49,381 bases of DNA from Rhizobiaceae bacterium. GTDB lineage: Bacteria > Pseudomonadota > Alphaproteobacteria > Rhizobiales > Rhizobiaceae. A program made the translations under genes and the position numbers. Location: assembly GCA_027484835.1 (NCBI GenBank), contig JAIXSF010000129.1, forward strand, positions 1 to 49,381, written 5' to 3'. The first letter of the stretch is position 1. Each line of letters starts with the position of its first letter. The notes under the pieces are model-generated. The model saw only the letters and a list, made by a program, of their open reading frames with translations, was not told where the DNA came from and did not search any database. Below are positions 1-9,613 of the stretch, in pieces.

Positions 1-57
1 AAGAGAGGGCCTCCGAACGGTGGCCGAGGGCCCGCATCGCGGCGGATTTCCGGCACG

Positions 58-91
58 AAAAAAGCCCCGGCGGCGTCTGCCGTCCGGGGCT
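58..91 (-). terminator. Intrinsic terminator downstream of the nolR-like gene
   Basis: Stem AGCCCCGG...CCGGGGCT preceded by an A-run on +, which gives a U-tail on the - strand. Confidence 0.7.
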
Positions 92-186
92 CTGAATTCG
101 GACACAAGAGAGGTTTCACCCGCGCATGCGGGTAACCCGTCGACCAACTCCCACTATCGACCGGTCCGCCTCTGGCAGCGCTGTCA

Positions 187-504
187 TCAGGCGGCGGATT
201 TGCTCGCTGCAGGAGCGCAATAGATGCTTTCCAGCGTCGAGAGGATCTTGATCACCGATTCCGATGTCGACGAATAGTAGATGGTCTGCGCGTCGCGACG
301 CGTCTTGACCAGCTTCTGCGCGCGAAGCTTCGAGAGGTGCTGCGACAGAGCCGACTGGCTGAGGCCCACCTGGGTAGCCAGAACACCGACAGGAACCTCA
401 CCCTCAACGAGGCTGCAGAGGATCATCAGTCGCTTCGGATTTGCCATGGCGGAGAGCAGGCCGGCTGCGACAGTCGATTGTTCGGACAATGCTTTGGTTT
501 TCAT
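187..504 (-). CDS. nolR: ArsR/SmtB-family transcriptional repressor, NolR-like
   Basis: LSAMANPKRL..VGLSQSALSQHLSKLRAQ.LV.TRRDAQTIYYS closely matches rhizobial NolR; NolR-type boxes lie upstream. Confidence 0.85.
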   Translation of the reverse strand: MKTKALSEQSTVAAGLLSAMANPKRLMILCSLVEGEVPVGVLATQVGLSQSALSQHLSKLRAQKLVKTRRDAQTIYYSSTSESVIKILSTLESIYCAPAASKSAA

Positions 505-569
505 CTCAGTTCAACTTTCCTTGGTCGAGCGCCCTTGGGGGGAGTGGCAGTCGTTGAAAAATCCATGAC

Positions 570-658
570 TTAACTGGAGGCTAAACTCTACCAGCAACAT
601 CAAAATTGTATATGCCTAAATTTAAGGTACTGCGTATACTGATTTAGGTAACTCTAAT
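570..658. promoter_or_regulatory. Three NolR-type operator boxes (A/T)TTAG-N9-A(T/A)
   Basis: 570-585 (- strand TTTAG-CCTCCAGTT-AA), 605-620 (- strand TTTAG-GCATATACA-AT), 643-658 (matches on both strands). Confidence 0.65.
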
Positions 659-1389
659 AGCAATTCTCCTGCCGTTGTGATTGACACCGGAAATTCGTGC
701 CGTATCAGCAAGTCTTTGAAAACTATATCCAAACCCTGCGAATCAACGGCCGAGATGCGCCAGTCGCCGTGCGGCGCCTGGTAAACGTCCGTTGCTATAC
801 GCGTTGCGAGGTCGGGATGGCGACCCCCTAATTCTCGCAGTAAGGCGTCTGAGTCCTCAAACAAATCATCGGTGAATTCCGGTAGAAGGAAGTCGGCGCT
901 GCTCAAATGATAGGCACGCCCGAAGCCGCCGTTCAGGCTAGCGCGTTCCGGTCTCAACCGGAAGAAGCGGAAGTCGGGAAAGTCGATGTAAAGCTGCGAC
1001 TTCGGATGCCGGGCGAGAAAGCGGGTCCGCAGCCTCAGATGCGTTTCGCTATCCCGCTCGACGCTCTCGGCCGTGCATTGCAGTGTCAGCCGGGGATGAG
1101 CCAAAGGATCGCCCTTGGCCGGTTCGCCGGTCAGAAGCGAGGCGCGCGGATCGGCCAGCAGGGCTGTCGTGTGGGCCGAGAGGTTCGACACCAGGATGAC
1201 CGCAGCGCCATCGCTGTCCATCCCCAGCAGAACGCGGCTGACAAAGGGAAAGCCCGTTTCCGGATCGATGACGCCGATGGCGGCGAAGCGGGCACCACGC
1301 AGAAGAATGCGCGCCTGGCGGCGCGCATCGTCATCCGTGTCCCTGATAACCTGGGGCTTGTCGTTCATTCCGCTCTCCGGCTTGGGCAT
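622..1389 (-). CDS. HugZ-like / pyridoxamine 5'-phosphate oxidase-family split-barrel protein with a DUF2470-like C-terminus
   Basis: GFPFVSRV, S.LSAHT..L.ADPRASLL, KGDPLAHPRLT, YIDFPDFRFF, LNGGFGRAY motifs; start may be ATG 1368. Confidence 0.8.
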   Translation of the reverse strand: MPKPESGMNDKPQVIRDTDDDARRQARILLRGARFAAIGVIDPETGFPFVSRVLLGMDSDGAAVILVSNLSAHTTALLADPRASLLTGEPAKGDPLAHPRLTLQCTAESVERDSETHLRLRTRFLARHPKSQLYIDFPDFRFFRLRPERASLNGGFGRAYHLSSADFLLPEFTDDLFEDSDALLRELGGRHPDLATRIATDVYQAPHGDWRISAVDSQGLDIVFKDLLIRHEFPVSITTAGELLLELPKSVYAVP

Positions 1390-1413
1390 CTTCGAGATGC
1401 GGAGCAGGGAGCC

Positions 1414-2457
1414 TCATGCCTTGCGGCGATGTTTCGTCAGCCCGCTCACCACATCCTGAGCATCGATCGTGCCGATGACGACGCCGTTGTCAACGACCCC
1501 GATCGTGCCAGGTTGACGCGACAGGGCGTCAAGGATGTCGACCAGGGGCGTGCCCGGCGCCGTCGTACCGGTCACCTGGCCTTGCTCGCCAGTCACTCCG
1601 GCCCGCATGACATCGGACGCAATCAGCATGTTGATCGGATTCATGTTCTGCACGAAATCCGCAACATATTGGTTGGTCGGGTTCTGCACGATCTCCTGCG
1701 GGGTGCCGCACTGGATGATCCGGCCACCTTCCATGATGGCGATGCGGTTGCCGATTCGGAACGCTTCGTCGAGATCGTGGCTGACGAAGAGGATCGTCTT
1801 CTTGAGCCGCGCCTGGAATTCGAGCAGTTCGTCCTGCAGGCGGGTGCGAATCAAGGGGTCGAGGGCCGAGAAGGGCTCGTCCATCAGGAGGATCGGCGCG
1901 CCCGTTGCAAAGGCGCGGGCAAGGCCCACACGCTGCTGCATGCCGCCGGAGAGCTCGTTGACCTTGCGACCCGCCCATTTCGACAGATTGACCAGCTCGA
2001 GCTGGGTCGCCACCCGCTCCTTGCGCTCCGGCTCCGGTACGCCGGCAAGCTCCAGACCGAAGCCGACATTGTCGGCGACGGTCCGCCAGGGCAGGAGGCC
2101 GAACTGCTGGAAGACCATGGAGACGGTGTGCATCCGCAGGTCGCGAAGCACCTGGGGCGAGGCCTTGTACGGGTCGACATAGCCGGCGTCGGTCTTGACG
2201 CTGACATTGCCGCGCACAACCGGGGCCAGCGCGTTGACGGCACGCAGCAGTGTCGACTTGCCGGAGCCGGGCAGGCCCATCAGCACGAGGATCTCGCCTT
2301 CCTTGACGGCGAGGGATGCACCGGCGACGCCGAGCACCAGGCCTGTTGCCGCGCCGATCTCGTCGCGGGTCTTGCCCTGGTCGACCATGGTCAGGGCCCG
2401 TTGCGGATCATCGCCGAAGACGATGTCGACATTGTCGAAGATGACGGCGTCGGTCAT
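1414..2457 (-). CDS. choV: Choline ABC transporter ATP-binding protein
   Basis: Walker A GLPGSGKST, LSGGMQQRVGLARA, LLMDEPFSALDPLIR; in operon with choW and choX. Confidence 0.9.
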   Translation of the reverse strand: MTDAVIFDNVDIVFGDDPQRALTMVDQGKTRDEIGAATGLVLGVAGASLAVKEGEILVLMGLPGSGKSTLLRAVNALAPVVRGNVSVKTDAGYVDPYKASPQVLRDLRMHTVSMVFQQFGLLPWRTVADNVGFGLELAGVPEPERKERVATQLELVNLSKWAGRKVNELSGGMQQRVGLARAFATGAPILLMDEPFSALDPLIRTRLQDELLEFQARLKKTILFVSHDLDEAFRIGNRIAIMEGGRIIQCGTPQEIVQNPTNQYVADFVQNMNPINMLIASDVMRAGVTGEQGQVTGTTAPGTPLVDILDALSRQPGTIGVVDNGVVIGTIDAQDVVSGLTKHRRKA

Positions 2458-3323
2458 GAGTCTTCTCCGGGAATGCGGAAGATGCGGTCGAGGATGATCG
2501 CGAGGATGACGATGCAGAGGCCTGCCTCGAAACCGCGGGCGATGTTGACGGTGTTGAGTGCCCGTACGACTGGAACGCCGAGGCCACTTGCACCCACGAG
2601 AGCGGCGATGACCACCATCGACAGCGACAGCATGATGGTCTGGGTGAGACCCGCCATGATCTGCGGTGTGGCAAAGGGCAATTCGACCTTGCGCAGCACC
2701 TGCATCGGGGTGGCGCCGAAGGCAACCGCGGCTTCCACCAGCGATGGCGGGGTCGAAATGATGCCGAGACGGGTGAGGCGGATCGGGGCGGCAATCGCGA
2801 AGATGACGGTTGCGATCAGGCCTGGGACCATGCCGAGGCCAAAGAGGATGAGCGCCGGGATGAGGTAGACGAAGGTGGGGATCGTCTGCATCAGGTCGAG
2901 CACGGGGCGGACGGCGGCATAGAGCCAGGGGCGACGGGCACAGGCGATGCCGATCGGCACGCCGATCACCATGCAGACGCCGGTGGAGGCAAGCACCAGG
3001 GCCAGCGTCTCCATCGTCTCCTTCCAGTAGCCCTGATTATAGATCAGGAGCAGACCGAAGAAGGTGAAGACCACGACGCCGAGAGAGCGACGCATCAGCC
3101 ATGCGACCAGCGAAAACACCAGGATCATGAAGAGCGGATAGAATGGCTCGACCGCCGTTCCCTTGAAAAAGGGCGCCTGCAGCACGAAGAGCATGGCGTT
3201 GATCGAGGCACTCAGGATGGTCGCGATGAAGTCGAAAACGAAATCGACATTGGCGGTCAGCCAGTCGACGAAGCTTTTCGACAAGGGCCCGATGGGCAGC
3301 TTGTTGTCTGTGAGAAAGTCCAT
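2454..3323 (-). CDS. choW: Choline ABC transporter permease
   Basis: RPVLDLMQTIPTFVYLIP and EAA motif of ProW/ChoW permeases; 4-nt overlap with choV. Confidence 0.9.
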   Translation of the reverse strand: MDFLTDNKLPIGPLSKSFVDWLTANVDFVFDFIATILSASINAMLFVLQAPFFKGTAVEPFYPLFMILVFSLVAWLMRRSLGVVVFTFFGLLLIYNQGYWKETMETLALVLASTGVCMVIGVPIGIACARRPWLYAAVRPVLDLMQTIPTFVYLIPALILFGLGMVPGLIATVIFAIAAPIRLTRLGIISTPPSLVEAAVAFGATPMQVLRKVELPFATPQIMAGLTQTIMLSLSMVVIAALVGASGLGVPVVRALNTVNIARGFEAGLCIVILAIILDRIFRIPGEDS

Positions 3324-3417
3324 GTTTGTCCCCGATTGGCCACAGGTTCAATGCCTGGGAGCCCGCGCGGCCGGATCCCCCTTCCAGCCGCGCGGTTCCA
3401 CGATCGATGGACAGGGA

Positions 3418-4374
3418 TCAGAGGCCGACGGCCGACTTCACCGCTGCAACTGCGTCGCCACCGTCCTTGGTGGTCACGCCGGCGAGCCAAGGGTCGATGG
3501 AGGTCGGATTGGCCTTCAGCCAGTCGGTGGCGGCTGCTTCTGCATCCTGGCCGTCGTTGAGGATCTTGCCCATGATCTCGTTCTCCATCTGGAGCGAGAA
3601 CTTGAGGTTGGTGACGAACTTGCCGACATTCGGGCACTCGGCGGTGTAACCGGCGCGGGTGTTGGTGAAGATGGTCGCGCCACCGAAGTTCGGTCCGAAG
3701 ACTTCATCGCCACCCGAGAGATAGGTGAGCTTGAAGTTGGCGTTCATCGGATGCGGCTCCCAGCCGAGGAAGATGACCGGGGTCCCTTCCTTCTCTGCGC
3801 GGGCGACCTGCGCGAGCATGCCCTGCTCGGAGGATTCGACGACTTCGAAATCGCCGAGTTCGAACTTGTTGCCGTCGATCATGTCGAGGATCAGGCGGTT
3901 GCCGTCATTGCCCGGCTCGATGCCGTAGATCTTGCCTTCCAGCGCATCCTTGTGCTTGGCGATATCGGCGAAATCCTTGATGCCGAGTTCGGCACCCTTG
4001 GCGTTGGTGGCGAGCGTGTACTTGGCGCCTTCAAGGTTCGGTCCGAAGATTTCGACGGACTTGTCCTCACGATAGGGGGCAAGGTCTGCCTCCATGGTCG
4101 GCATCCAGTTGCCGAGGAAGACGTCGATATCCTTGTTCTTCAGCGAGGAATAGGTGACTGGTACCGACAGCACAGTGGTGGTCGGCTCATAGCCGAGTGC
4201 CTTCAGAATGACGGAGGCCGTGGCGGTGGTGGCGGTGATGTCCGTCCAGCCTACATCCGAGAAACGGACGGTCGAGCAGCTTTCGGGTTCGGCGGCTGCA
4301 AGCGGCATTGCGCTGAGTGCGATCAGCGATACGGCGGCCACGAGGGTACGGCGACAAGTCGAGATATACGTCAT
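3418..4374 (-). CDS. choX: Choline ABC transporter periplasmic binding protein
   Basis: Signal peptide, then VRFSDVGWTDI, DVFLGNWMP, YGIEPGNDGN, FLGWEPHPMN; GGGAG RBS before ATG 4374. Confidence 0.9.
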   Translation of the reverse strand: MTYISTCRRTLVAAVSLIALSAMPLAAAEPESCSTVRFSDVGWTDITATTATASVILKALGYEPTTTVLSVPVTYSSLKNKDIDVFLGNWMPTMEADLAPYREDKSVEIFGPNLEGAKYTLATNAKGAELGIKDFADIAKHKDALEGKIYGIEPGNDGNRLILDMIDGNKFELGDFEVVESSEQGMLAQVARAEKEGTPVIFLGWEPHPMNANFKLTYLSGGDEVFGPNFGGATIFTNTRAGYTAECPNVGKFVTNLKFSLQMENEIMGKILNDGQDAEAAATDWLKANPTSIDPWLAGVTTKDGGDAVAAVKSAVGL

Positions 4375-4532
4375 TAGCAGGCTCCCGGTTTTTATTAATG
4401 TTCCCAAGTCAACATTCAATACCGGAGAAATGCAAGGATGCCCGCGCGTTTGCGTCGCAGCACCGCCCCTGTTTGCGACCTTGATGCCTTTCTACGCAGG
4501 CCACTCCGGTCACTCAAAAAAAGCGAATGATT

Positions 4533-4546
4533 TTGATGGCCGTCAA
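4533..4546 (+). promoter_or_regulatory. FNR/FixK-type box TTGAT-GGCC-GTCAA upstream of the cytochrome c gene
   Basis: Matches TTGA-N6-TCAA, about 85 nt before ATG 4630. Confidence 0.55.
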
Positions 4547-4629
4547 AGCAAACGATTGCTTGTCGTGCGAATTGGTGATGGCATGCGCATGCGACGCGCT
4601 GGCGCCGTTCTATGGACCAAGGAGTTTCC

Positions 4630-5016
4630 ATGAAGCCGTCTTCCTTGCTTTTGACACTTGCGGTGGTTGCCGCCCCTCTTTCTGCATTCGCTGCTGGCGA
4701 TCCGGTCGCCGGTGCCAAGACCTTCAAGGTCTGTTCCGCCTGTCACATTGCGACCGAGGCGAAGAACAAGGTCGGCCCGACCCTTCAGGGTGTGGTGGGT
4801 CGCCCGATCGCTTCTATCGCAGACTTCAAGTATTCGAAGGGGATGACCGAGTTCGGCCAGGGCAAGGTCTGGGATGAGGCGCAGCTGACGGCTTACCTGA
4901 AGGCACCCCGGACCGTGGTGAAGGGCACCAAGATGGCTTTCGCAGGCCTGAAGAAGGACGATGAGATTGCCAATGTCATCGCCTATCTGAAGGACCCGGC
5001 CGCCGGCGGCCAGTAA
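4630..5016 (+). CDS. Periplasmic class I cytochrome c (c2/c550-like)
   Basis: Signal peptide, CSACH heme motif, KVGP.L.GVVGR, GTKMAFAG axial Met; AAGGAG RBS. Confidence 0.92.
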   Translation: MKPSSLLLTLAVVAAPLSAFAAGDPVAGAKTFKVCSACHIATEAKNKVGPTLQGVVGRPIASIADFKYSKGMTEFGQGKVWDEAQLTAYLKAPRTVVKGTKMAFAGLKKDDEIANVIAYLKDPAAGGQ

Positions 5017-5226
5017 GCCCGATTGCAACTCTTGAATGCGGCAGCTGTTTCGCAGCTGTCGCATTTCTCTGCTAGCGCCTCTTGTGTGGCCGCCAGGACC
5101 ATCCATATCGGAAGGCGAGGCCAGGCCGCCGATTGTGCGATGCATTACTTTCCCGAGCCGGGAATCGCGCTATGGTGGCAAGAGACGAGACCGGCCCGCC
5201 GCCGGGAAATGGGACAGGGAGACACC

Positions 5227-6315
5227 ATGGCGAGTTTGCAATCCTTCGACAGCGAGATCGAGAAAACACGCAAGATCGTGTCCGAGATGCGCGGCAAGAT
5301 CGAACAGTCCGGCGTCGTGCTGGATACGTTTGCCAAGAGCGACAGCAAGCTCACAGGCCAGAATTTCGATATCGAGAATGCGCGAATCGAAGACGTGCTC
5401 AATCAGCAGAAGGTGATGGAGGCGAATATCGCCGACCTGATCATCGGGCTGGAAGATGCGACCAATGTCTTTGGTGCCGAGTTCGAAAGCATGAAGAGCT
5501 TCTCCGGCATGGAAAAGTTCATCGGCATCTTCTCCAAGCAGAAGGCGCAGCGGATGCGCACCGAGCGGGTGCGCAACATGTCGCTTGCCGGCAATCTGCA
5601 GGAGCTGCTTGCCAAGTCCGACAGCATTGTCGGCATCCTCAAGGAGCAGAAAACGGTTCTCGAGGAGCGTTACAAGACCTCCGAGGCGAGCCTCGTGCAG
5701 GTGATCGAGCGGCGCAAGCAGACGATCGCCAACCTCGAAGAGACCCAGAAGAAGATTGAGACGCTCAATCCGGCGCTGCTCGACATCGAAAACAAGATCG
5801 CAGCCTCGACCGATACTTCTGACCGCACGGCACTGGAAGCCGAGCGCTCCAAGCTTGCGACGGACTACAACCAGGCGCAGGCCCGCGAACAGGAGCTTCT
5901 GGCCGAGAGCCAGACGCTCGAGCGTTACACCTCGATGTTCCAGACCTTCGTCGATTCGCTGAACAACCAGATTGCGGCGCAGAACACGCTGATCAACAAG
6001 CTAACGATCGACACCGAACAGCGCATCGTTCTCTACAAGGCGCTCGAAGATTCGTTGAAGACAGCTGCCCAGCAGGAGGTTGCGCACCGCATCAACACGC
6101 TAGGCTCCCAGGTGGACACGGCGGCGGAAGAAACGATGGCGGGCATCGGGGCGGCCGCCCAACGGCATATCGGCGACCTGCTTGAACTGCACGAGAAGAA
6201 CATGCTCTCGACGCAGGACATCCAGCGTCGCAAGAAGCTGGCCGACGAGGCCTTTGCGCGACGTTTCCAGAGCGTCCTCGACAAGCACAACGCCGCCAAC
6301 TACGTGAAGCCCTGA
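5227..6315 (+). CDS. All-alpha coiled-coil protein, possibly distantly TelA-like; first gene of the AAA operon
   Basis: 362 aa heptad-rich sequence; GGGAG RBS before ATG 5227; typical codon usage. Confidence 0.75.
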   Translation: MASLQSFDSEIEKTRKIVSEMRGKIEQSGVVLDTFAKSDSKLTGQNFDIENARIEDVLNQQKVMEANIADLIIGLEDATNVFGAEFESMKSFSGMEKFIGIFSKQKAQRMRTERVRNMSLAGNLQELLAKSDSIVGILKEQKTVLEERYKTSEASLVQVIERRKQTIANLEETQKKIETLNPALLDIENKIAASTDTSDRTALEAERSKLATDYNQAQAREQELLAESQTLERYTSMFQTFVDSLNNQIAAQNTLINKLTIDTEQRIVLYKALEDSLKTAAQQEVAHRINTLGSQVDTAAEETMAGIGAAAQRHIGDLLELHEKNMLSTQDIQRRKKLADEAFARRFQSVLDKHNAANYVKP

Positions 6316-6384
6316 TCATCCGGGATGCTTTGATGCGACCGCGTCCCGCACCCGCGGAGCGCGGTCGATTTGACGGGGAGGCGC

Positions 6385-7536
6385 ATGAACGTCGTCGATC
6401 GCAACAGCGCTGTGCTGCAATACTTCGCCACCATGGGGGCGTCGCTTTTGGGCCTGGAACAGTTCTTCGGCCAGTCCGATCGCCGTTTCGGCGAGAAGGG
6501 GCCGCCGACGCTGCACCTTTTGCCCTATCTCGATCGGCTGCGGAACTCCTTCACCTCCTGGCAGAACCGGATCGGCTTTTCCGGCCAGTTCAAGATCGCC
6601 CGGGCGGAGAGCGGCTTTCCGATCTTTCAGAACGTGCTGGAGCTTGAGAACGACCGGGCGGGTGCCGAGGCCCGACTGTCCACCATCCCCGCAGTGGCCA
6701 AACTGCGCGAAGAGATGGTCGACTTCATCCTGCGGCAGAAGGAGTTTCCGGCAGCCCTGCAGCAGCAGATCGCCGAGCGGCTTTATCTCGAACAGGTGGG
6801 CGCTGGCGAGATCTTCTCGCCTTTCGTCCTGCCGACCACCGTTGCCGTCAGCGTCAATCCGCAGTCGAAACGGCCCTCCTATCTGGTGAGCTGGGCGGCC
6901 TTCGACGGGGTCAACACGCTGCCGATGATCTATCTGGCGACGATCGAGGACTCCTCGGAGAACGTGACGAAGATCCTGGTGGCCGAAGACGGTAGTCTGA
7001 ACGCCGAGGTCGATATCCCGCTGCCGGTTGGCGGGCTGCTCAATCCGGAACTCGCCCGCAGCTTCGACGATTTCTGTGCCAGGAACTCCGCCTTTTCGCT
7101 CACGCCGGCAACGATCGCGACCAATATGGACCGCGATTTCCCGACGTTGCATCCGAAGTCGGTGCGGCGCGTCGTACTTGGGCCACTCTATTCGACGGGC
7201 CTGACCGAGAATTCCAGCCGGGTCACCGAGATCCTCGACCGGGTGCGCAAGCCGGAGAATGCCTGGGTGATGACCTGGACGGTGCAGGAGGTGTTCTCCA
7301 AGCGTGAACAGCCGGCGGTGAAGGGCTTCTTCTCGTCGACACCGGCGACCCAGGAATTCCACATCGAGACCCATGATCTCGAAGCGGCGCGCATGGGTGT
7401 CTCGACTTACGAGAAGCACGCGCTCGTGCCGCATGATGCCTATCAGGCGCTTTATGCGGCGAACGAGGTCAAGGCGATCTTCGGCAATTTCAAGGTGCAT
7501 GTGATTTCAGGAAATCAGATTGTGAGTGAGGTCTGA
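6385..7536 (+). CDS. Conserved-looking hypothetical protein of the AAA operon
   Basis: GGGGAGG RBS, genome-typical codon usage, 2 nt before the ATPase start. Confidence 0.75.
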   Translation: MNVVDRNSAVLQYFATMGASLLGLEQFFGQSDRRFGEKGPPTLHLLPYLDRLRNSFTSWQNRIGFSGQFKIARAESGFPIFQNVLELENDRAGAEARLSTIPAVAKLREEMVDFILRQKEFPAALQQQIAERLYLEQVGAGEIFSPFVLPTTVAVSVNPQSKRPSYLVSWAAFDGVNTLPMIYLATIEDSSENVTKILVAEDGSLNAEVDIPLPVGGLLNPELARSFDDFCARNSAFSLTPATIATNMDRDFPTLHPKSVRRVVLGPLYSTGLTENSSRVTEILDRVRKPENAWVMTWTVQEVFSKREQPAVKGFFSSTPATQEFHIETHDLEAARMGVSTYEKHALVPHDAYQALYAANEVKAIFGNFKVHVISGNQIVSEV

Positions 7537-7538
7537 GC

Positions 7539-9452
7539 ATGAGCGAACTGACGGCAGGGCTGACCACGCTCCGCGAAGACGATATCGCGAAACATCTGGC
7601 TGTTGCCCAGGGACTGGTGACGCGAGTGATCGTGCTTGACCAGGGCGAGGGCGCCTCTGGCGCCCCGATCGCCGGTACCGGGCGGCGGTTCGTCTCGACC
7701 GTTTCGACAGGATCTGTCCGCCGGACCCGCGAGATCGAACTAACCAAGACCATTCAGTCGACCGGGTCAGCCGATCCGCTGCTGACGCCGGCCCAGCATA
7801 CCGTGCTCTACCGCGTCCGGCGCGGCGCCCAGGTGGCGCTTGCGATCGCGGATGTCTTTGCCCGGCAGAGCGAGCTTGAACCCCTGCAGGCCCGCAACAT
7901 CAGTGCGCCCCTGCAGGGCGAGGAGGCCGCCCGCTTCAAGGCCTTGCTTGCGTCCCAGGCCTATGTCGCGGCCTTTGCCTTTGCCGCCTACCTCAAGTCC
8001 ACCGTCTCAGGTGAGGGCGAGCAGCTCGACGGTATCCACGAACCGGACTTCCTCTTCGATACGGCACAGGATGCCTTGAAGAGCATGGTTGCCGGAATCG
8101 ACACGGCCGTGCAGGGCGCGGGCGACGATGCGACGCTGATCGGCCGGGTGCGCGGTCTGGCCGATCTCGCGCTCGACGGACTTCTCACTCGCAAGGCACG
8201 CTTCGAACATCTCGGCGTCTTCGAAAACGCCCATATCCGCGTCGATCAGGATGATTTCACCCTCGACGGTTTCGACGCCGTGCCGGGGGGCAGGTCGAAG
8301 CCGCTCACCATGAGCTTCAAGAAGCCGGAAGAAATCATCGGCAACCACATCGCCAAATACCAGGCGCTGAAGCTTGCCAAGATGCTGATGGCCTATGATT
8401 TCGACCGGCAGATGAACCCCTTCGTCGAGCTTGGCGGCTTCCTCTTCACCTTCATCGGCGATGGCATGCCAGGTACGGGCAAGACGATCCTGATCCAGAT
8501 GCTGGCAGGGCTGCTCAACGACTACTGCAGGATGGCGGGCTATGCCTTCCACTACGAGAATTTCGGTGTCGACCAGATCTCGTCCTATCAGGGCAAGTCT
8601 GGGCAGAACTGCAAGGCCTTCGTCAACAATGTGCTCAATCCGCGAGTCATCGGCTTCGGCACGATCGATGACGTCGATCAGGTGACCGCCAAGCGCTCGG
8701 ACGATCGGGCCTCTGCCGGTCAGCACGAGGTCACCGCTGTACTGATGGAGAGCTTTGCCGGCGCCTCGACTGTGATCCGGGGCAATGCCACCTTTGGCAT
8801 GTTCTCCAACTACCCCGAGAATGTCGACGATGCGCTTCGCCAGCGCGCCGGCGCCCGCTGGCTGGTCGACGGACCACAGACGCGCGAGGACTATATCGAC
8901 ATCTTCTCGCTGCTCGTCGGCAAGAACCATCAGATCCCGCTCGGCGAACACCAGCTGTTTGCCGGCCAGGAAATCCAGAAGGCCGTCAGCCGCTCCTATG
9001 GCGAGCATGACCGCCCGAAGGAAGACGGCCTCGTTGCCGTTTGGGAACGCTATGAGAAAGCCGAGGGCAGGATAGAAACGCTTGAGGATGTCGGCGCCTA
9101 TCTGCATGCGATCAAGCTCGCCGAACCGCGCTTCACCGGCCGCGCCATCAAGAACATCACCGATGCGATCAAGATGCGGGCGATGGATGTCGAACTGCCC
9201 GACGCCTGGTTCGAAAGGCCCGACGCTTTCGTCCACAAAAGCTACGATGAGAAGAAGGCGATGATCTCGGAGCTTCGCGGCCCTGTGACCATGGAGATCA
9301 TCCTGCAGGAGATCAACCGCTACGCCGACAGCGAATTCCGCTATGCCGACAAGTCGGACGATGCCGCGGTGACGGAGATCATCCGCCGCGAGCGCCAGCG
9401 TGAGCGCGCAATTGGCGAGATCGAGAAGATGAAGGGGGAGGGGACGTGGTGA
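7539..9452 (+). CDS. AAA+ ATPase with a long N-terminal helical domain
   Basis: Walker A GMPGTGKT, Walker B-like GTIDDVD, SN sensor I, DDALRQR arginine finger, FTGRAIKN. Confidence 0.88.
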   Translation: MSELTAGLTTLREDDIAKHLAVAQGLVTRVIVLDQGEGASGAPIAGTGRRFVSTVSTGSVRRTREIELTKTIQSTGSADPLLTPAQHTVLYRVRRGAQVALAIADVFARQSELEPLQARNISAPLQGEEAARFKALLASQAYVAAFAFAAYLKSTVSGEGEQLDGIHEPDFLFDTAQDALKSMVAGIDTAVQGAGDDATLIGRVRGLADLALDGLLTRKARFEHLGVFENAHIRVDQDDFTLDGFDAVPGGRSKPLTMSFKKPEEIIGNHIAKYQALKLAKMLMAYDFDRQMNPFVELGGFLFTFIGDGMPGTGKTILIQMLAGLLNDYCRMAGYAFHYENFGVDQISSYQGKSGQNCKAFVNNVLNPRVIGFGTIDDVDQVTAKRSDDRASAGQHEVTAVLMESFAGASTVIRGNATFGMFSNYPENVDDALRQRAGARWLVDGPQTREDYIDIFSLLVGKNHQIPLGEHQLFAGQEIQKAVSRSYGEHDRPKEDGLVAVWERYEKAEGRIETLEDVGAYLHAIKLAEPRFTGRAIKNITDAIKMRAMDVELPDAWFERPDAFVHKSYDEKKAMISELRGPVTMEIILQEINRYADSEFRYADKSDDAAVTEIIRRERQRERAIGEIEKMKGEGTW

Positions 9453-9466
9453 GTGGGCGCTTCGAT

Positions 9467-9580
9467 TGCCCCTCATCCGCCCTTCGGGCACCTTCTCCCC
9501 GCGAGCGGGGAGAAGGCAACACCGCTCGTGTCGCGCTCCCCCTCTCCCCGCTTGCGGGGAGAGGGTAGGGTGAGGGGGCA
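9467..9580. repeat. Composite palindromic REP/RIME-like intergenic element
   Basis: Two 12-bp perfect hairpins, CCTTCTCCCCGC-GA-GCGGGGAGAAGG (9491-9516) and CCCTCTCCCCGC-TT-GCGGGGAGAGGG (9540-9565), enclosed by TGCCCCTCA...TGAGGGGGCA arms. Confidence 0.85.
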
Positions 9581-9613
9581 TCTGCAGATCGCGATGTGGT
9601 CAAGGGGGCACAG

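Noticed and set aside
112-136. GGTTTCACCCGCGCATGCGGGTAAC resembles a type I-E CRISPR repeat
   Set aside because: Single copy, no spacers and no cas genes; better explained as a hairpin downstream of nolR
2255-2280. ChoV Walker A reads GLPGSGKS rather than the common GLSGSGKS
   Set aside because: It still fits GxxGxGKS, so there is no basis for calling a defect
907-2868. 653-aa + strand ORF and similar long ORFs (8007-9581, 15663-17609, 18541-20358, 24082-25746, 38772-40394, 42276-44285, 45904-48147)
   Set aside because: They are antisense shadows of well-supported genes, expected from high-GC codon bias, and have no recognisable motifs
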